A stretch of 64,000 nucleotides of DNA. It comes from a virus. Position numbers and translations under genes: made by a program. Positions 61,101 to 64,000 of this stretch are shown here, piece by piece (position 1 is the first letter of the stretch; each line of letters opens with the position of its first letter). The stretch lies in the UHGV virus genome UHGV-0057547; one strand, given 5' to 3'. A model generated the notes under the pieces. It made no database searches, was not told the origin of the DNA, and saw only the letters and a program-made list of their open reading frames with translations.

Positions 61101-61543
61101 AAGATTTACCAGTTCCTAATGGAAACTTCTATGCTGAAAGTTTTTCAGGTGATAGTAATCAATATTTTAGTGACAGTATAAAAACTACAAGCACTAGTAA
61201 AACTATAATCTTACGAGAAACCAATAAGGTTAATGGTGAAAATTGTATGTATCACCCATTCTCTGATATTAAAAACTTTGACACAAAATATGAATATGTA
61301 TATACTTGCATAGATTTACGTAAGGTAAAATGGAATGAAAGTGGTACAGATGATAGAGATAGTTCTCATTATTGTGCAAGTTGTGGTGGTGACTGGTGGT
61401 TAGCTGAAGGTTTAACATTTGATAGTAGTTGGCAACATAACAAAGGTATAGCTCAACCTAAGATAATAGAAATTACAAAAGAGTGGAGAAGATTCTCAAT
61501 GACTACTGTTCCACAAAATTGGACTAACGGATTCCCAAAATAG
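55181..61543 (+). CDS. giant tail fiber/depolymerase-like protein: beta-helix-like region + two GH16-family (beta-glucanase/laminarinase-like) domains + repeated FYIEYSTN modules
   Basis: Two ExDxxE glycoside hydrolase family 16 catalytic signatures: GEFDVMEF (about 57952-57975) and GEIDIMEH (about 60124-60150). Each lies in a roughly 230-aa segment with W/G-rich beta-jelly-roll-like context. The module TEFYIEYSTNIAV(V/T)KHEVSWDGGN.FYDKT.DV...AGTY(Q/R)MAIRVT occurs about 3 times. Confidence 0.5.
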   Translation: MANTINSTNNLTSTKIPELYIRYFNPKQKINETISIKYYVSDSTQAEYLNKDDSKSFTTIVKINDKSYSKTTKAGEYSIDIGSIAITGETYFSIQTIDDNGVASIEQFFDILIVNDTYNQVNNYNMTTADLSTYNITVGETASISQAKTNNTGLNNLFKAVKNNGHNKITMLNKIYMLDYHSDKVVLPDHFTVDMNGATFKATQCNDINVSNLVDLRDCFDSHVKNGKLIGNYDGFDFEATKTNTNYNIPGEGLAVAEINGARYSSFEDMEMGYSVGYNLGVFGGKLAGYVGTPGQLAFPNAYYINDQGNTVSSTTMSTTELIDISTLLDRGEIQCNVYLGYGGLALNKAELFFHFYDSHSAYKTTIKTRQYQVVKIPSGSKSMRITSFTSTTTSSGMTICHTGGATNCELINVKSHNTRTCAMHPGIYNHLLIKNCSFNYVADENEYKVTKLALDFEDGYENGKNLFFINNEVYNGTSALTIQRGFNCNVINCRNFGLDLRGHIKGANIKNNFFNDGSIYTTNFDSQSHLKLDNNTFFKILKFLKWDNTGNYSTVGLTKLDCKQSYQNNSNINVIIDKAVESGGSGGGTTPETLTISNISNITQSEKTEFYIEYSTNIAVVKHEVSWDGGNTFYDKTSDVVVNGTSYKFKHDNKGNAGTYQMAIRVTTAKGTTKTSNVFTVTLVDNNQLAFTQYKRLNEGVITDTTDGTYYSTLNYISVTAGKSYTINLNKANYVCVCYYNSSNSYVSYVEGNTDDWSNKALSYTFTVPANIAKILICATGDASTAITATLKENGSSSSSLLDSTGAYVIDDFSGNSVDSNKWGYELGYVRNNETQRYTNTNAEINDGILALRGKKASDGSWTSASIISKGHFAFMYGKIVARVRPCNWNGSFGAFWTLGDSFEFGYKENGSPDTLGEWWAYCGEFDVMEFYNGKLTCGTFFNEKEESGRVWYNNYPTGDWHEFAMEWNTDGSLVFSIDGNELSRTSATDNRAFHIPHFILLNQAIGASGGTPDSNTTEITQYVDWVKYYPLSTDNLVLNSNDFSLSAMDFNDSSHNCMVRPTFNDNCINKSLTWSSNNSSLVWVHSGLCSTYAGANGEVIITGTSHSGVSKQITLTVSNGTLRAKDSGGTTPSQTIGNMTYGKGINQSTHVITDNAECWATVNAVTVEKGATYTLQMDATWTWAYAYDDNDKFVKELFTSTGNNNYKYTFTAPTNKIRYGCYDPGKYLTYCNLTKNSTALTISNISNITQTEKTEFYIEYSTNIAVTKHEVSWDGGNMFYDKTEDVTANGTTYKFKHDNSGNAGTYRMAIRVTDSDGNTKTSNVFTVTLTSTSTPTPVYELADTVFDGSSKYIDTGVKPFKTASDYTIFIDFDDYGASQGQQPYLFHCAYENADGDGLKVYYNNEDNHYYIIGNRQNASDGTYESSWTLVGGKNNKIAIAISKGVVSQIVINGSAVAVTKNAYDMNDYSLILGAYQDAECNKSKYWKGTIHTFKVWNSAFTVAQLKELCNSSSGGGSNPGGGDSGSSDAYRPGRTLIWEDDFTGTTLNTANWDYENNYSRPNEVQNYVAGTNNVWVENSNLVIKAKKEWSNGKEWSSGCIHTDNKREFMYGRFEAKIKIPQTIGSFPAFWTLGGNYEEGGGITWPYCGEIDIMEHKYGYAWTTAGALYRTDLVWDNWDAKDLGRVDSGNIGSFDDYHIYAMEWTHDRLDYYVDDRLIGHSDISDDNTWFMFHQPHYILLNQALGAAGGSVPSNMTEYTMYVDWVRVYAPQEAPSGGGTSNQIWFEDTSARHMNKWSKLGLILKFNESWNNKVVTWKSNNTNIATVCGGRVDSKGVDGTCIITATTLEGNSASITVNVGSGGSSSDSTEYETSIASDYILDKMYPMPQNHEVLPSGVTDTWATQSRWENQQRPTAIAHNCGQAGCPGAVQFRALGAWANVYRVKNSGFSTNTGVEMRNIKVYGWYNGQWEKVQDLPVPNGNFYAESFSGDSNQYFSDSIKTTSTSKTIILRETNKVNGENCMYHPFSDIKNFDTKYEYVYTCIDLRKVKWNESGTDDRDSSHYCASCGGDWWLAEGLTFDSSWQHNKGIAQPKIIEITKEWRRFSMTTVPQNWTNGFPK

Positions 61544-61558
61544 GAGAGTGATTAAATA

Positions 61559-63397
61559 ATGAGTAGTTATATAAGTAATTCGTTTTCAGTATCGGTCAAT
61601 AGACCGACTACTGGAACAATTGAACCAGTATCAACAGTTAATATATATAAAAATGAAAAAATGTTACAAGCTGTAAATGGTACACCAGGAGATGGAGAAT
61701 ATAAAGTTATTATAACAAATACGACAAATTGTAGTGCTAGCATAAAATCTGATAATAAAACTATATTATTAAATTCTGTATCAGGAAATAATGGTACAAT
61801 AGAAATATCAGTAAATATTGAAAATAAAAAAACATATAGTAAAACTATTTCTGTTGCTAATGTTAATGATACATCTGTTTTAAGTAGTAATTTTAGTAGA
61901 ATTGAACAAACTGCTAATAAAATAAGTTGGTTAGTAAAAAGTGGTACTAGTTCAAGTAATATGACATTAACAGATGAAGCACTGGATATTATTTCAAAAA
62001 ATATTAATATTACAGGTAAGGTTACTTTTTCTAGTTTAGATAGTTATACTCAAAATAGAATAAATAATTCATATGATTTAACTTCATCTTGGAAATATGG
62101 AGGAACAACTACAATCAATGGTGCTAAAATACAAACAGGTACAATAACAGCCGACCAAATAAGTGCCAATGCAATTACAGGTAAAAATATTACAGGTGGT
62201 ACAATAAATATAGGTAGTGGTACTTTTATAGTTAATAAAAATGGTCAAATTGTTGCAAGTACAGAGCCTAACGAAAAAGGTCAATATTTGGAAATGAATA
62301 GTTCAAATTATAAAATTTTTAATGGTTCTAAAACTGTTGCTATGACAATGGGGTTTAGAGATTTAGACTTTGAAAATGGTAATATATCAACTTCATCACC
62401 ATCAATATTTTTAGGTGCAAATGGTATAAATATTGACGGTGGCACTAGTTACTCAGCTGGAACAGGTAGATATTATGGTAGAATATTTGCAACAGATAAT
62501 AAAACATCTATGACAAATACTCATGTTGGTGTTCCTATGATGGAAATAAACTTTAATACAAAATATACTGATTATGATACCAATCATCCAATAGCAAGTC
62601 AATTTAGACTTTTTGGAGATGGAGATATAGTACTAGCTCCAGTTTGTGACTTCCAAATAAGAACCCATCAAAAAGATAATCAAGTAACAAAAGGAGGTTC
62701 AGAGTACGAAATAGCTTACTTTGCTTCAAGTTCATCTGAATGGTATCCATCATTTATGAGAGCTTATGCAATAACAAATAATTATAATAAAAAAGGTTTG
62801 TTTTTAGGAGATTATTACATGAGTGCTGATGGTAACGGTTATGATTCTAGTTTAGGTAGTTTTGTTAGTGCAGTTCTTGTAAAAGCTGGTGTAGCAAGTT
62901 CAGGAGCTAAAATGAGAACATTTAGACCTCATGCAGATAATGTTGCTATATTAGGTTCAGGTAGTTATAGATGGTCAAAACTTTATTGTGGTAGTAGTTC
63001 AATAAATACTTCAGATAGAAGATGTAAGACAAACATAAATTATCTTACTTCAGATAACGCAAGGGTCGCAAGTAAGCCATTATTTGATGAAAATGAAATA
63101 TGGAATTTTGTAAAAGATATTGATTTTGCAACATATAACTTTATAGATAACGAAACAGGAGGAGCTAAAGAAGATAATCAAATAGGATTTATTTTACAAG
63201 ATTTAATTCAGTCTTATCCTGATTTGACTAATTCTTTATTATTAGATAAAGGTAGTTATGATATAGAAGAAGGCGAAGATGATACAATAGTTCCTATGTT
63301 AGGATATAATAGTGGAAACTATGTTAATTTATTAGGTTGTGCTTTAAAACAAGCATTGCAAAGAATAGAAAAATTAGAAGAACAAATAAATAAATAG
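61559..63397 (+). CDS. tail fiber protein with C-terminal intramolecular-chaperone (peptidase S74-like) domain
   Basis: C-terminal SDRRCKTNINYLTSDNARVASKPLFDENEIWNF...YNF resembles the SD(R/E)RLKENI...Y.Y signature of self-cleaving fiber chaperone domains. Confidence 0.5.
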   Translation: MSSYISNSFSVSVNRPTTGTIEPVSTVNIYKNEKMLQAVNGTPGDGEYKVIITNTTNCSASIKSDNKTILLNSVSGNNGTIEISVNIENKKTYSKTISVANVNDTSVLSSNFSRIEQTANKISWLVKSGTSSSNMTLTDEALDIISKNINITGKVTFSSLDSYTQNRINNSYDLTSSWKYGGTTTINGAKIQTGTITADQISANAITGKNITGGTINIGSGTFIVNKNGQIVASTEPNEKGQYLEMNSSNYKIFNGSKTVAMTMGFRDLDFENGNISTSSPSIFLGANGINIDGGTSYSAGTGRYYGRIFATDNKTSMTNTHVGVPMMEINFNTKYTDYDTNHPIASQFRLFGDGDIVLAPVCDFQIRTHQKDNQVTKGGSEYEIAYFASSSSEWYPSFMRAYAITNNYNKKGLFLGDYYMSADGNGYDSSLGSFVSAVLVKAGVASSGAKMRTFRPHADNVAILGSGSYRWSKLYCGSSSINTSDRRCKTNINYLTSDNARVASKPLFDENEIWNFVKDIDFATYNFIDNETGGAKEDNQIGFILQDLIQSYPDLTNSLLLDKGSYDIEEGEDDTIVPMLGYNSGNYVNLLGCALKQALQRIEKLEEQINK

Positions 63398-63447
63398 ATT
63401 AAAGTCTTATAAATATAATGTAAAATAAAAATAAAGGAGAGATATTA

Positions 63448-63609
63448 ATGGATATAAAACTTGAAATTGCTTTTCAACAAGCAATGGAAGAAATAGCAAA
63501 TTTAAATCAAAGAGTGATTCTTGAAAAAAGTTTAAGAATACAAGTAGAAGAAGAAAATAAAGAATTAAAGGAAAAAATAGCAAAATTAGAAAAAGATAAT
63601 CCTCAATAA
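63448..63609 (+). CDS. hypothetical small coiled-coil protein (53 aa)
   Basis: ATG is 8 nt after SD AAAGGAGAG. Not in the ORF track (<60 aa). Confidence 0.35.
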   Translation: MDIKLEIAFQQAMEEIANLNQRVILEKSLRIQVEEENKELKEKIAKLEKDNPQ

Positions 63610-63633
63610 ATATAAATAAAAGAAGGTGATAGA

Positions 63634-64000
63634 ATGAGTGATAACTTAATAAAAAAACCTTTAACTATTACTATTAATGGAAACACTGCTAGTTTAAATG
63701 AAACTATGTATTTTTATCAAGAGGATAGATGGATAGATTTTGAATTTACTATAGCAGATGTAAAATATAAATTTAATGAATATAGTGGTAACATATTAGT
63801 TGAATCCAATGCTTCTTATGCAGTAATTAAAGTATTAAAACCAAATGGTGATAGATTTATGACTGATAAATTACCAATACAAAATAATACAGTTATACTT
63901 TCTATAACAGATGAATTCGCTGATGAATGTGAAGAATGTGGAACTCACACAATGCAGATACATTTATATGATGATGAAAGAAATGATGCAACAGGAAAAA
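63634..64000 (+). CDS. hypothetical protein, 5' partial (continues beyond window)
   Basis: ATG 63634 after SD AAGAAGGTGA. Open to the window end. Confidence 0.4.
   Translation, partial: MSDNLIKKPLTITINGNTASLNETMYFYQEDRWIDFEFTIADVKYKFNEYSGNILVESNASYAVIKVLKPNGDRFMTDKLPIQNNTVILSITDEFADECEECGTHTMQIHLYDDERNDATGK

Noticed and set aside
119-62284. Minus-strand ORFs in the six-frame track (for example 119-322, 8848-9051, 9971-10195, 13622-14045, 24469-24798, 33136-33591, 35689-36591, 37600-38121, 52427-52645).
   Set aside because: All lie antisense to convincing + strand genes or intron cores. They have no RBS. They translate to low-complexity I/L/F/K-rich peptides typical of AT-rich antisense frames, or are antisense to coding repeats.

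Overview
Strongly AT-rich DNA with one-directional (+ strand) gene order typical of a tailed phage or prophage of a low-GC Gram-positive host. The window covers a late/structural module: the end of an upstream gene, large terminase (TerL), portal, prohead protease-scaffold, major capsid, head-tail connector genes, major tail protein, two chaperone-position ORFs, a very large tape measure protein (TMP), Dit, Tal and four very large fiber or receptor-binding proteins.

The main feature is that six of these essential genes are split at the DNA level by 18 complete self-splicing intron-like elements, plus one partial element at the window start. TerL carries 7, portal 1, prohead 1, capsid 1, major tail 2 and TMP 6. 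By my coordinates this is roughly 18 kb of the 64 kb.

Two element families are present. Family A has the canonical group I core motifs: P AATTGCTGGAAA, Q AATCAGCAGG, R CTTCAACGACTAG, S GATATAGTCT, and terminal GNRA-like hairpins. Family B is a second compact family of about 320 nt (ATTAGAGnnnAAAATCGGT ... ATACCGAGGTAAG ... GTGAAAATATATGC ... GGATAACAA), inserted after exon GGT.

Twelve elements carry free-standing ORFs, each with its own sigma70-like promoter (TTGACT or TTTACT, 17-18 nt spacer, TATAAT) and a strong SD. Nine of these ORFs belong to an apparently distinct homing-endonuclease family. They have 2-4 tandem Cys/His zinc-ribbon-like modules followed by a Vsr/DUF559-like PD-(D/E)XK domain (motif PFDFYLP..N..IEYDG.QH ... 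KLIRIPYWEFNNIENIL). One paralog replaces that C-terminus with an HNH domain. Two LAGLIDADG ORFs, one HNH/AP2-type ORF and one free-standing HNH ORF are also present.

Several exons are tiny: 13, 29, 50 and 55 nt. TerL catalytic motifs are only reconstituted after splicing. All exon/intron boundaries are inferred from motif and reading-frame logic and are uncertain by a few nucleotides.
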